A DNA stretch of 64,000 nucleotides from Diadema antillarum (lineage: Eukaryota), in contig NW_027271626.1 in the NCBI RefSeq assembly GCF_040938485.1, forward strand, positions 310,001-374,000, read 5' to 3'. Position numbers and translations under genes: made by a program. How positions within the stretch are numbered: position 1 is the first letter of the stretch; the number at the start of each line of letters is the position of its first letter. Shown here one piece after another: positions 39,182 through 53,256 of the stretch. A model generated the notes under the pieces. That model saw nothing but the letters and a program-made list of their open reading frames with translations. It made no database searches and was not told where the DNA came from.

Positions 39182-39315
39182 ACCTGGGCCCCATTCTATC
39201 AAAAGATATAATCGATTATACATTGTAAATTTCCGTAACACACATGCTGCCATAGACTTATGATGGAAATCAACTATATAATCGATTATAACTCTTCATA
39301 AAACAGGGCCCAGGT
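39182..39315. mobile_element. 134-bp palindromic MITE
   Basis: Ends ACCTGGGCCC / GGGCCCAGGT. Internal atataatcgattata occurs twice. Confidence 0.6.
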
Positions 39316-39630
39316 CTTTCATTTATAGATTTATGTAGCATAAAATCATATGAACAAACTGGTGTAAGCTTCCTTGAAAGAAGGAAATGAAATTCTAAAA
39401 GTTTTGTGGTGTTGTCTGATTTCAAATTGCACATTGGAAAAAGAAAGCTGCACTTAAATCTCTACATTCAAATACTGATGATATGCAGAGACCCTAATAG
39501 AAAGAAAAAGGGAAAGACAATTAAAGAAAAGGCTGAGAGGAAGAACACTTAATCCCACAGGAATAAAGCTATAGCTATTGAGATAGTGTAGCTATAGTAC
39601 ATTGTAGCTATAGTAGATAAAGCTATTATA

Positions 39631-40202
39631 AACTAGAAAAGCACTCTGAGAGCGCAGACCTCCGCCAAGCATGCAGCTCATTTCCACCACTGATCTTGTT
39701 CTTCCATAGAGATATCAGTGATTTCCACCCATATAGATACGTACATATGTAGCATTGTGTGCTGAAAGTCGCCAGATTTCTTATAGAAGCCGTTGTTACG
39801 TCATATACCCTCAGCTGCACGGAGCGCCTCACCCTAGCAGAAACTAGAGCACGCGCTTAGTGCGCGCATGCCAACCTCAAATATGCGCAGCCTGAAATCC
39901 CAAGTTCATTGACCCTACCTGTACCTGCCAAAATATCAAAAATCCTTAATAAATTCCCCCAAAATTCTCGGATCACTACCAAAAGTTAATCGTTTGTTAC
40001 TTGAGTCATTCTCAACCTTTCCTGCAAGTTTCATCCCAATCCATTAACTACTTTTTCAGTTATTTTGCACGCGGACAAACTAACTAACTAACAAACTAAC
40101 AAACTAACTAACTATTACTAACTAACTAACTCATGAACGAATGAACAAACAAACAAACCAACGGTAACGAAAACATATCCTCCTCCCTTGGCGGAGGTAA
40201 TA
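39631..40202 (-). mobile_element. Helentron-associated non-autonomous element (HINE/DINE-1-like)
   Basis: 12-bp subterminal inverted repeat ACCTCCGCCAAG (39658-69) / CTTGGCGGAGGT (40187-98). Internal (AACT)n/(AAAC)n microsatellite. Minus-strand 3' stem-loop GCGCTCT-C-AGAGTGC, then CTAG|TT. Confidence 0.7.
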
Positions 40203-43200
40203 AGATAAAAATGCTGCATCATTGAAGAGTGCAGCATTATGTATGTACACTATAATGTCTCCCTTCCTATTGAAAGAAGTGACTACAATGTGAAGCAGCC
40301 ATTTCCATCACAGCAGCAAACAAATTCACAGATTTTGTTCTCCTGTTCTCAGTGTATGGGGATTTTTGGAATTTTGCTTTCGGTTTTGCATTTTTTTTTC
40401 ATTTCGTTCTTCTTCTTCTTTTTTTTCGGGGGGGGGGGAACAGTTGTTCTTTCTCTCTCTAACGGACAATGAAATGACAATAGAGAATATAGGCGAGGAA
40501 CAAACAGGACATGTACAATTGCAGAATGAATTGAGTGTGAGTAAACCATTGGTGCGAGTACACCATGTACATTGTATGTATAGTCTATGAAGGTCAGCAC
40601 CACCACACACTGACTGAGGTGTATGTGACGATGCACTTTTTTATTTCATTCCTGTCCACTTACTAGATAGACAGAGGCGGACTTGACCCTTTTTTTTTTT
40701 GTGGCTCAAGGTCAATTTCAAGGTGTGAATACCTGACATAGTTTTTCCTTGATATTGGGCATGCAGTTTCCGCTGGAAATTGATGGGATGTGGGAATATG
40801 ACAGGTGAAAGAATATTTGTGAAATGAGTATTCAAAAAACACTGGTAATAATATGATACTTTAAATGAAGGATTCTCCTCCAAACTAACCACAACTGTAA
40901 ACGTACATGGGTCATTCCATGGGGTTGGGCCTGCTCTAGATTTTCATGTTGTGCAGGGAATAAAAGTCATATTCTGAAAATTTTATCAAATAATTGCTTG
41001 TGGTTTGTGGTTATTCTTGGAGAGAGATGTGTGAAGAATTATTTGATGAATAAAAAACAAGCCTGTGTACAAATTTATTTTGTCTGTGACTGTTTCATTG
41101 TTGATGTCTCATGGTTTTTTGTGGTACCAGTTGTGACAAAAATATATGCCATTTTCATGGCAATGTAATACAGAAATACACAACCTTTCAGCATTATGCC
41201 TATCATAATTAAGAGAGGCAAGGTGACTTCTACAAAGACTATAAGGCACATAAACATGTGTCACAAAATAAGAACACCAGAGCATCTTGAAGCAACCTCA
41301 TACCGATGTCACAAACGAAGTCCGCGGCGATTTTTGTTGTAACATCGGTATTGCATGGTTTTACATACACTTATAATCATAATATGATCAGAAACTTGAT
41401 TTCTATAATTAGACTCATATTTTAGGAGTATTATTGTCCAAAAATTAGCATCAAAAAGCTCCAAATAAAAGAGAAAACACAGAACATATTACCGTACTTC
41501 CGTCCGAAGTCCGGCCTCTTCGTGTAACATCGGATAAGAAAGTCGCGCTCGCGACAAAAAGAAGAGCTACTAACTTCAGCAATCGTATTTACGTCACTGG
41601 CAGTACTTCCCCAACGGCGGGAAGACCACTTACAGCCCGTTCACACCTACCTGGACGGCGCAAGACCCGTTTTTCTGCTGTAGTCCGTGTTACATCGGTA
41701 CGTGAATTTCGATGTTTCCGATCGGGAATTTCAATGTTTCCGATGTCAATCAGTAAGCTTGTACGCTATTTTACGAAGTAAATAACTTTTGTCACATTTT
41801 GTAAACTGTATTGGAGGAAAAAAACGATATTAAAACCACTAAACTGGCCAAATATACGGTGGACGATGATGCTGTTAACACGCTGTAGTCCCACATACTG
41901 AGATATTTGTTACTTGTTCATGTTCGTAATTGTGATCGCCAAATTTCCCCTTTTATGCCCGTCTCTGCAAAAGGAGCATGTGTTCTTCTCTTAGAAAACC
42001 GTACAAAAGTATGTCCAGTGTATCTTCACGGCAATATAACATTATTTTACCTCCCGATTCTTGTGAATTTTGGACCTCACTTATGTCATTCGTATCTACC
42101 AAGTAGATGTGCTGAACGTTAGTACGGTACTATGAAGTTGGAATATGTAGACGTCCCGACTGCGTCTGAGCTAAAGAAAGAGTTTGCCCAATTTTGTTGT
42201 TGATATTTTGGGAATTAAGAGCTGTTAGATTCTTTCTCTTGAACAGATTTACAATGTCAGTGTTTTCCTTTCAAGATTTCACTGACCTGTTAATAGCGTT
42301 AGATGGCTTTACGGTGCTCTGATGAAGCAGTACATGGGTTCACTGTTTCCATTCCACGTTCACCCACTGTAAAGTCTCAAAGCTAAAATGCCAGTTTCGT
42401 ATTCATTTTGGGTAGGTAATTGGTAGGAAATAGTTCCATATGTACCGCAATCAAAATTGGCATCTTATAATATTGGTCTATCCTATCCTAAAAAAAGGGC
42501 AAAAATTTTGAATTTGATGGGGATTGAGTACCGTAAAAAAAAAGGGGGGCCTAGTATTTTGTTTGAGGTCTATTTGGAATAGGACCGTAACCGTAAACCT
42601 AACCCTATCCTTAACCCTAGCCATGACACTGGGGGCAGCGCCCTGCCCTTGGCCTTGCTAGCTTACATAGATGTGAAAAAAAAAAAAAAAATTAGCGTAG
42701 AATATTAAAATGATTTTTTACATGCTATATTATTATTAATATTATTAACATTACTGCTGTACATCATTTTAAGCGTAACCCATATTTTTTTTTTTTTTTT
42801 TTTTTTTGGTGGATGGTACACATGGAACTGTAGCCAACTGGTATGACAAGAGGTAGAAAGGTAAGCAAAATTGTCCAAATTATTTAATTCCATTCATATA
42901 CACAGATACATCAACAGGAATATAAAGAGTACACAGACACAAATTTTCTGTTAATTCTTTCATTTTATTTCTCTTCACACCTTTTGTCCAGTTTGTCGAT
43001 GAATCTGCCATGGATCCTCCTCTGCCGCAGCTACGTGATTAAACTACGTGAAAGAGTGAAAAGGGCACAGCCACAGCACTCCACAAACAGAAAGAGGAAG
43101 CTGACAAAGCAACACCAAAGAAGAGTGAACATAACAAACTAGACAAAAAGAAAACTGCACGGAGGGAAAATGGACATTGTAGAAAAGAGCAGAAATTAAC

Positions 43201-43915
43201 TTCAAACAAAGAACATGGAGAAGACAAGAAAACTTGTATGATTTCTCTTTATTAGTTTTCATAGTTGAGTTGACAGTTGATGAAGTTGTTAGTCAGAGTA
43301 TATAAGGTCAAATTGTGTAAGGCTCGACATCATTCTTCTTCTTATTATTAAGTCTACCTTCTTTCATACCAGAGTTACAAAGAATTGAAGTCTGTGTAAC
43401 ATAGGTATTGTTCCAAAGGTATACAGCAGGTATAATTCCAAAGAACTGTTACATTAGTGTTATTCATGGGAACATACATAAAGTCTATGTGTGTAGGTTT
43501 TAACATCTGACACCACAACAAAGGAAATCAGTTGATATGTCGTAACGTACCTATGTTACGAAGACATGTACTGTCCGTGTAACATAGGTAGTATACTGTG
43601 GACAAGGTTGTAGTACGAAAACCCCTGATGATAACAATAAAATCATGTTTTCACTTGAATGTCCATACAACTCACTTGCCTCGACTGTAGTTTTTTAAAG
43701 AATGTTGTTATTGTGTCACTCTTGAGGAAAAAATGAAACCTTTGGTTAAAATTGTAAATGGTTTGTAGAAAAAACATGTAAATAAAAGTGTCTTGCAGTT
43801 GATATCAGAATGGACAATCTTACTAATAATGATCTCATGTGCCTGTCAGATAATATGTTGATGTGTTATGGTGGAAAAAAAAACTGGGATATGTTCATTG
43901 TTATCATTTCAGAAC

Positions 43916-44323
43916 ACAAAATTATTGAGGATGTCACAAAATGAAGTCCATGTAACGTAGGTATTTGTCATACCTGTTTACCCATGCTGACTGAAAGTGT
44001 GCGAAGTAATAAACAGATTTCTAGTGGAATAAGTTGAAGAATGGGAGTAACAAATCAGGGGGAAAAAGAAAATTTCAATTTACCCAACTTGAATTTTCAA
44101 CTTGTATGTCACAATTTAAAAACAAAATTATTGAGGATGTCACAAAATGAAGTCCATGTAACGTAGGTATTTGTCATACCTGTTTACCCATGCTGACTGA
44201 AAGTGTGCGAAGTAATAAACAGATTTCTAGTGGAATAAGTTGAAGAATGGGAGTAACAAATCAGGGGGAAAAAGAAAATTTCAATTTACCCAACTTGAAT
44301 TTTCAACTTGTATGTCACAATTT
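43916..44323. repeat. Near-perfect 202-bp direct tandem duplication (period 206)
   Basis: 43916-44117 is repeated at 44122-44323. Confidence 0.9.
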
Positions 44324-44869
44324 CAGTCCCAACCCCATGGAATTACCCACATACAATCATACAGATGTCGACTGTCAACAACACGTAGGCCTATAGTTTA
44401 CCCAAAAGAGGTCATTGACTATTTCCGAGGTCACTGACTATTTCCAAAGTCAGCAGGCAAAAGAGCAATGGCAAAAACATGGAATTTTCTAAGAGCAAAA
44501 TTGAATATCATAAAAAGTCACACGCTGAGTATCAAAAAGTAAAAATTTTCCATATTACATTGTATATGAAGAGTTTGTTTGCAAAAACCGATAAGTCCAT
44601 ATTTGTCAAATGGAGATATTTGTGATGAAAGGTCAAGAAAAATAAAGAGAATAATAAGAAATTGTTTTCTTCTTTTGACCATAACTTCAAAAATGTACCT
44701 TTAGAGGAAGTGACCAATATATCATTTAAAAGGTATTATTTTGTACTCTATGACAGAGACCATACTTCAAACTCTTCAAAAATGGACTATCGGTTTTTGC
44801 AAACAAACTCTTCATATCTTTTTTTAGAGCACATAAAAAATCTCCTTCAAAAGTGATGATTACTGAGAC

Positions 44870-45027
44870 TGCAGAATAATTTGGGCTGAGTAATCATAGA
44901 AATAAAACTGCTTGTGAAATTTCAAGAATATCACTTCCTTTTAAATAATTGCAGAATAATTTGGGCTGAGTAATCATAAAAATAAAACTGCTTGTGAAAT
45001 TTCAAAAATATCACTTCCTTCTAAATA
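44870..45027. repeat. 80-bp tandem duplication
   Basis: tgcagaataatttgggctgagtaatcat... at 44870 and 44950. Confidence 0.85.
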
Positions 45028-47854
45028 GACACACTCTTTTACTTTTACCAGAGACATGAGATTCATGAGAACACCACTGTCTCAATTTGTCCCAATAATG
45101 ATTCAAAGCTGTAGAGCAGATTTTATATGCATTATCATGATGTCACCACTAGTTAATTTTTGCTTATTTTTGCTTATTCCCCATTGAGTATGTCACTGAC
45201 ATGGTGTAATTCTATCACAATTTATATCCATACAAAGATTTAATGATCATACCTGTACAGTACCATTACCACACCAGCATGAGTGTCCCCATGGGACAGC
45301 CTGGGTGTGAGGTTTACATCAAACTAATGATTGATATGCACGAATCCTAAAAATAGCCTAAAAAAGAACAACAAAAATGTAGAGCTTGAAGACTGACACC
45401 CCTTGTAGACAGACTTTAACTGTTAGTTATGAAGTGACCTCTGACCTCTCAGTGATCCGTGGAGACAAACTCTTGCTCGTTATAAAGTGATGAAATCTTC
45501 CAGACCCATTTCAGACACACAATGAGGTGATGGAGCCAGAGATGGTCATGTTTTGCAAAGCTTTTATACAGTACCGACAGCGAATTATTTTCCACATATT
45601 CGCAAATGTTTGCGCATTTTAACGCATTGCGTACATATGCGCGCATATTTGCACATCGTTAATTTGTGAATATTCACAAATATTCAATTATTCAATTATT
45701 CAATGTGTCGATTATTTCCAAATATTCGTGAATGTGCGATTTGCGAACATTCGGAAATATTCCTGAATGTCCGAGTGGAGAATAATGTCAGTGCCGTAAA
45801 TGCAAATGGGCAGCATGCATTAATTTTTCACAGCGTTTCCAACAAGAAAGTTTTTGCAACTAATGCCTCCCATCACATCATTAGCGAACAATCGCAAATT
45901 ATCTCATGAGAGGACAATGATATTTCATTCAAATTATCCCTGACTTTTCATTGAGCAGATACATCCAGGAGCATCCAACTCATATAATTCTTAGTCTGGA
46001 AGGGATATCATCATGCCCCCCCCCCCCCAAACTCCAGGGCGTAGCCGCTTTCGCATTGAGTTCACCCATTCCTAGATACAGGTCACCTGCTGGGAGCGGG
46101 TCAGTGGTGTCATCCCAATGCCTGCTGACTCACCAGCAAAGTATCGGGCGATAAACTTACAGATGAGCACATAGTGAACATACATTGTATAGCATGCCAG
46201 AGGCCTGAAACCAGACTTTTGACTGGTCTAGAGGAAAGACCTGTGTCTTGCTCACTGTCTTTCTGTCATGTAAAGTCTTAAATATCTGCCACTAATTTTG
46301 CTAAACAGCAGTCCCATCTAACATGCCGGTGATGGGTGCAAGGAATAGCATAAACTTTACTACCAGTATTGAAAGTCATTATGTGCTACACAAAACACCC
46401 CAATACATCCGGTAGAACCATAGCAAGAGAGGACCATGGCTCTGTCACACAGTTATTAATTTTGCTTCTGAATGAACGGTTGAGTGCAGTTGTGCTATTA
46501 TTCATCTTCATAAAGAGTTTACAAAGCTTGGAAAATTTGAGACCGAGAGCTCTTGTCTTTCAATAGTAATATCACTGCAGAAGAGAAACAAAAAGTTGTG
46601 TTGTTCAGTGCTACAATGTGCTACAATGTACATTGTATGTCCGGTTTAGATCATACAGTTCAACTGGTTTCTATCAAAACAACTTTTCCTCTGGTACATT
46701 CTCAGGGTCCAAAGTCAAAGTTCCATTGACAATCTGAGTACTTCCAACGTTAAAACAGAAAACAAAAAAACTTCAATTGATTTGAAAACACAGCTGCCTG
46801 GTATTTCTGGCACATTCAATCTTTAGCTAGTTTGTCATGAATCATGCTTTCTGTACAATTTCTTTGTTCATTTTTTTATTTCCCAAAAACATTTTAAAAT
46901 ATGTAGAAACACGCATTTTCAACCACTTACCACAACAAAATTCAGCCACTTCATTACAAATGTATCGATATGCATGATGCAGCAGAACTTTGAGTCATAG
47001 TACTTGTTTGTTTCTTTTTTGCTTCCATGGTAAAAATGCCAGTGATGTAATCCAAATGAAGACATTGCAGTTCTAAATTATAAATATATGACATCACGTA
47101 ACAAACTCAAACTCACAACTTTTGGGAACTTTTTTCCTCAAGATCAACAATTTGCTGGATTTATAATAGTGTAGCAGGACAAGCACTGGTTTAGAAAAAA
47201 AAAATGGGCACTGTTGAGTGTTGATTCACTCATTTTCTCAAAAAAAAAAGAGAAATCATGGGAAAACAAACTCTGCGTGACCGGAATGGACAGGATATGG
47301 GGGGAACGTAACACCAATCGGAAGGGGATGCTGTGTGACCCAAAGTCCAGTCTCGCACGTTCCATAGGTACGTAGGCCGACATGTACGCCCATAAAAACG
47401 AGCCACAATGCACTGTTGACCTTACCATACATTGTATTGATCATCGAACTACGTAGGTGAAAAACAACAATGATGATGACTATCTTTATATAACCTTATC
47501 TCCGGAAATTTAAATCAACACGTAAACAGCAGCATAAAATTTGAGTGAGCAAAAATTTCCAAAAATTTGGCAGGCTGGTATATAATACATAGTCAAGACA
47601 CTTTAAACATCCCATAACACCACGATGGTTCGTACACGTGTATGTGGCAGAGCTGTCCATAATCTCAAGTTGCCATCAAATTATGTTTAACATCTTTGTT
47701 AGTGAGTAGATCCTGAAAACCAAAGAAAGTGCAATTCTAATTTTAAAGAATTTTTGCAGTGATCTGTAATGAGGAGAAAGTGAAAGACTGTACAAAATGT
47801 GTAGAGCCAGTATCTGGAAGTGTGTTGATGAAAGGGCATTAATGACATAAACTA

Positions 47855-48065
47855 CTGTACAAGTTGAAATTTTCGCAGTGGTTTTATTTTTGCGAATTTC
47901 GCGAATCGCCTTTGAACCATGAAAATAACAACATGCGAAAATAACAACGCGCAAATAGTTACGTTTAGTTAGACCGTCGCAACCACGAAATTAACAACAC
48001 GCGCAAATGTCCTCCAAGTAGCAATTCGCGAAAATATCTGTGCGCGAAAATTTCAGCTCGTACAG
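47855..48065. mobile_element. 211-bp MITE with TA TSD (Tc1/mariner-like target)
   Basis: TA|CTGTACAAGTTGAAATTTTCGC ... GCGAAAATTTCAGCTCGTACAG|TA. Confidence 0.75.
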
Positions 48066-49297
48066 TAGATCTCAAACAGGAGAATACAACATTTCTTTGA
48101 CATGTTCATGATTTAGCATGAACCCACATACTTGATACAAACTTGTCAACATCTTTGAAATTCCAAAAAGAAGTTCTGTGTATACCAAGCATTAGATCTA
48201 CCAGCAAATCATACACGGAATAAGAATTTAGCAAATATGTTCAAAGTAACTTTGAATAAACTTGAAAATTTGAATGATGAAAACTTTGGCAAATTAGTCA
48301 AATAATCTTAATGTGTCCTCATGTATTCAGCTGTCTTATACATAAAAGAAGCATTACTGCCAATCAAGAAATAAAAGTAAAAGCCGTTTTGAGGATAAAT
48401 AAGGAATGTGATTTACCTTGATATGAATTATGATTTTACCTCAAGTATTCAACTTTTTTGTGCTGGGATTCTGTGTTCCTAACCCTCTTCTACTATCTGG
48501 TTTAGCTGTGAAACACATGCACAAAGAAACAGTCAAGGGGTATCAAAGATTTGCAGATAGTATAAAAATTCCTTTAAATGTTTGAATTTGGTACCAGAAA
48601 TTCAGCATCCTCTGAACCCTGCCAAACACCAAAACACTGAAGGTCAAAATATGTAGCTATATGATCTGGCAAAAGAGTTTTGCAATGTGTTTCACAATGA
48701 ATACAATTTGTACATGGATGACCAAAAATAGTAGCAGCAATATAAAGCTAGGTGATCAAAATCGGAAGGATGAGCTCTACATGGGCAGGATGATGTCACA
48801 GACAAAACATGACAATGACGTCACATGACGGCAAGTTTTCTCTTGACCGACATTCTCACCAGGAGTGACACATGAGCCATATATTGTATTTCATCATAGG
48901 CACCACTCGAAAGTCCAACTAGCTGATAAATTCTGAGATTGGACAGACAGGCGAGATGTGCACTGGGTGACAACGTACTGTAGTGCGAGATCTCAAGAAG
49001 TCAACTTTTACAAACAATCTAAACAGGCCGACCGTATATTGGGATGCCAGCCATCTTGAATTGAAGTGTACCAGGCAATGAGGCAATGATAAAAAAGCTG
49101 CATGAAAAAAGATGATGCCATCTGATGCCACCTATTGTAATAAATATACAATTTTAGAACAAATGAATCATTTACAGTGAATATATTTTTCCTTTAATGA
49201 GGTGCACCATAGAATCAGTGGTTTCACCATCATTATCTTCACGTTCTGTTATCTCAATAAAATGTTTTTCATTTTCTCTCAATACTCCCACTTTTAA

Positions 49298-49679
49298 AGG
49301 GACTGTACAGTACTGGTTGAGGTAGGGATTCATGTTTTGAACATTCCTAAGTGAGATAATGAAAAGCCGTTATGAAATATGAAAGAGCATGTAATTTTAA
49401 GAAAGATTCATCGTTTATTTGATGAAAATTGGTTTTCAAATGGCTGAGATATCCCAAAAAGTGCTAATAATAAAAGGCGACATGCCACAACTTTATTAGG
49501 ATCTCTTTGTTTCATGAAGTTTTTGGATATCTCAGCCATTTCAAAACCGATTTTAATTGAATAAACTTTTGATACCCCTTAGAACTGCATGCTCTTTGAC
49601 ATCTCATAGAGTGGTTTCTGAATATCTCGCAAAATGTTAAAAGCTAAATCTACACATCGACCAGAACTGTACACATCCT
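49298..49679. mobile_element. TTAA-target Kolobok-type MITE
   Basis: TTAA|AGGGACTGTACAGT ... ACTGTACACATCCT|TTAA. Internal inverted block ttttcaaatggctgagatatcc / ggatatctcagccatttcaaaa. Confidence 0.75.
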
Positions 49680-51240
49680 TTAAGTTCAAAACTCTCTGTG
49701 CATAACGATTAAAGAGCTACAGTAATTGGTCATTACTGTGGAATTCTAGCTCATGGTACAATGAAAAGATAATGTCATATCTTCATAACTGATGATACTC
49801 TGAAGATGGTTGCTTGATCTAAAAATAGCAATCATGGTAATATTCCTCATCTATTGCATTGTATGTGCAATATTACCGAAAGTACCATCTTTAGATGGTG
49901 ATATCTGACAACATTACTGGTGACTTCGAACATCAAAGTAGTATAGTTCTTTATCCCCATTGTTTATGAAGTTTTTCAATTTCCATTCTTACTAGTCTGA
50001 TGTCTTGCTTCACTTCTTTAGAAATCGGAATTGGTTTTTGTTTTGGGGTTGTTGTGTGTTAGTTTGTGTTTGTTTGTGGGTTTTTTGTTTTTTGTAGGGA
50101 GGGGGAGAACGTTTCCTGAAATAAATGAACTCCAATGAATGCTGGCAAATTTCATTTGTTTTCTGTCTTTATTGGGGTATGAATTTTCACAGCTTTCTTT
50201 CCCCTTAAGTTGGATTCAAATGTATTAAAATTTATTGATACTTCTTCTCCACGTGGGACATACTTTATGTGGCAAAACCTTGTTTATTCAAGTCATGTAA
50301 AATGGCCCTATCAATCCTTCTGTTGCATTAGTCAGGTAAAGCCTCAGGCAAGTGTTCTATCTGTCAGTAACAACTTTTGTATCACAGCAGAACATTGAAA
50401 TTTAAGTCAGTGAAATCTGTTTTATTGCCATGGGTCTACTCGAAAGACTGTTTCCCTTTTTGTTTGAAGGAACCATCGCTGGCTCTTGTAGGCTTGGTGC
50501 TCCAAGTCAAATGTCAAAAGCTCCTGTTACGATGGTCCCCTTGCCCCTTGACACTCTGACAGTCGGCGATTTACCAACCTTTCTGGGGACTTCTCATTCT
50601 CATCTCTGTGAGTGCAGCAGCATCTTGCGGGCATCTCTTACGACACTTCCTCCTCGCCTCCTCCAGGCGTGCTCGACCAAACGGAAATTGAACGAAAACT
50701 TCGGGACAACACACTCATTTATTCGCACCAACGGGCAAGCAGCTTCGAGTGTTTACGTGAGGATATTCTTGTCCTCTTAAGCTCTGTTGGAGCAACACCA
50801 TCCTCATCACGGGAGACATAATGGGGTGAGTCACATGGCAGGGGAACTCCACACGCTGCTCAGTTCTCATCACTAAACCAGGGGCAGCTTCCCATTTTCG
50901 CAGAAGCAACAGACCATTTTTTTTTTTCGTGTGGTGTACAGAAGACCTCTGGATGTACAGTAACAACTCCCTAAACACTGCTAATTTTACACAATATGAT
51001 TTCTTGGAATCCATCACATAAACTAAACTTACATTCAATTTACTCTTCACAATAACATTTAGGGCCTACACACTTGTTCACAAAAAATCCCATGAAAACA
51101 AGTGTTTGCAAAACTCTCCAAATCAACTTCATGTTTTTCAATCCTTCTTTTTCAATGCCGTATTATTGTAGGCCTATAAGGTGACTTACAAAACTCCAAT
51201 TAAGGAAACTTGCTTAAAAAATACTTTTGAATAAGCTTAA

Positions 51241-51652
51241 AGGGGTGGCACAGTTTTGGTTTTGATGGCGTTGAGGTTTCCAATGTTTTTTGATGATGAT
51301 TTTTTTTTTTTAGATAATGACAATCTAACATCTTATGAAATATGAAAGAACATTGGATGATTCTAAGAGGAATTCAAAGTTTACTTGATGAAAGTTGGTT
51401 TTGAAATGGCCAAGACATCCAAAACAGAACAATCCCAATGAATGGTAGGACCCACCTTTTATTACGACCACTTTGTTTTACTTTGTTTTTGGATATCTAA
51501 GCCATTTCAAAACCGATTTTCATCAAGTACACTTTGAATTCTTCTTGGAATCGTACAAATGTACGCTTCTTAACATTTCAGAAAGTGGTTTCTAAATATC
51601 TTGCAAAAAGTTTAAGGCTGAATTCTCACCTCAACCAATTCTAACCATCCCT
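51241..51652. mobile_element. Diverged copy of the same Kolobok-type MITE family
   Basis: TTAA|AGG...CCT|TTAA. Shares ttatgaaatatgaaaga, gccatttcaaaaccgattt and agtggtttct blocks with 49298-49679. Confidence 0.7.
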
Positions 51653-52990
51653 TTAATACATGCCCATCATGTAAGTCATTAAAACACAAACTTTCATTTC
51701 ACGGGTCCTATACCTGCTTTGCTGACGGGAACGGCGTAACCCTGCATTTCTCTCGATGCAGGAGTAGGCAGATGACATCATTTCCGGAACCCTGTCCCCT
51801 TTTCCTTCCTTTGTAAATATATCACTTGTAAATATTAAAATAAATGTGATTAGTTTTTTTTTGTAAATAATTAGAAGTAGTATAGGTTTTGTAATTGAAT
51901 TTAAAGGTATATTTGAATAATTATATTTTTTGGAGCAGATTGCCCACCCGGCAGAGAGTTCCAATAAATCTAAAACAACAACAACATTTCATTTCACTCT
52001 ACAACTACATTTTGTACCAGTGGTGACTTTCTTCATACACAGACAATGTCGATGGCTTTCTGTGGTGGCGGTCCTGAGAGGGCTCTAGTCATATTATTGC
52101 AATTACTATGGTGATAATGTTGTATTCTTCATTGTATGCATAAGGTTCTTCCATGGGTAAATTGTGAAAGATAACTGGGTTACATCATAACATTTATTGC
52201 CCATTTCCCTCACAGGCATTGCAATGTATTGTATTGGCAAGTGTCCTTACAGTCATTCAACAAGCAAGAAACCACTGATTTGACAAAGCAGTGAATCTTT
52301 AACTGCCCTGAGCAGGTGGGCAAAGCGGGTTAAATTCTAGCATCCTGAACTAATAAAAAATGCTCAGTGGCAAGATCACATGGACCTGCACTAACTGAAT
52401 GAATGAATTAATTTATTTATTTCTAAATAAATGAATACTCGTGTATGAATTAATTAATGTCCAAAATGACTGAATTGATATGAATGAATATGAATGATCT
52501 ATATACAGTCTGTAAACGAATGAATGACTGAATATTACAGTATGTAACTAAACAAATGAATGAATGAATGAATGACTAAATGAAAATAGCCAACTTTTGC
52601 ATATTTTTTGACTTGGGAGATTTTTATATTAAAGCAAATTGACAATAAACTCAGTCTGGGGGGGGGGGGTGGGAGTAATACTGACTGCTTTATCACGCCC
52701 TAATCATTAATTTTATTCATCATCCAGGAACTTTCAGTCATTCCAGTCACTGCATGACAACAAAAAGTAAAAATGTACACTATTACTATCCCTATTGCTA
52801 TCACTACCAAAATAAATAAATAAATAAATAAATGACTGCTCATTCTGGTATCTACCTACGTAATTGGCACTCTGATTACACACAGCCTGGTTGAATTTAG
52901 GTGAACTGTATGACTGTGCCAATTATCACCAGGATTTCCCTTACAGCTGGAATTGCCTGGACTGTTTGAAACATTGCAGATTGGGGCAGT

Positions 52991-53256
52991 GGCTGATACC
53001 TGACTGGCAGAATCCACTGATAAAAACACATGATTTGACAATTGAACCGAGAATACGTACCAGAGGAAAGTAGCTTGCATCCTGTTTTCACTTGACTAAC
53101 CAAAAACAGTACTGTACGTAGGTTTATAGAACATACAATCTTTTTGTGCATCACTTGTAGCAATGGCTGATACCTGATTGGCAGTTATCCATAGATAAAA
53201 ACGTAGATCATTAGAAAACTGAACCCAGAATACATGTACAGGTACCAGAGGAAAGT
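52991..53256. repeat. Degenerate direct duplication, period ~174 bp
   Basis: ggctgatacctga(c/t)tggcag...gataaaaac...agaatac...gtaccagaggaaagt at 52991 and 53165. Confidence 0.7.

Noticed and set aside
45538-45875. CG-rich tract with gcgaat/attcgc repeats as a hAT MITE
   Set aside because: Termini too degraded and no TSD found.
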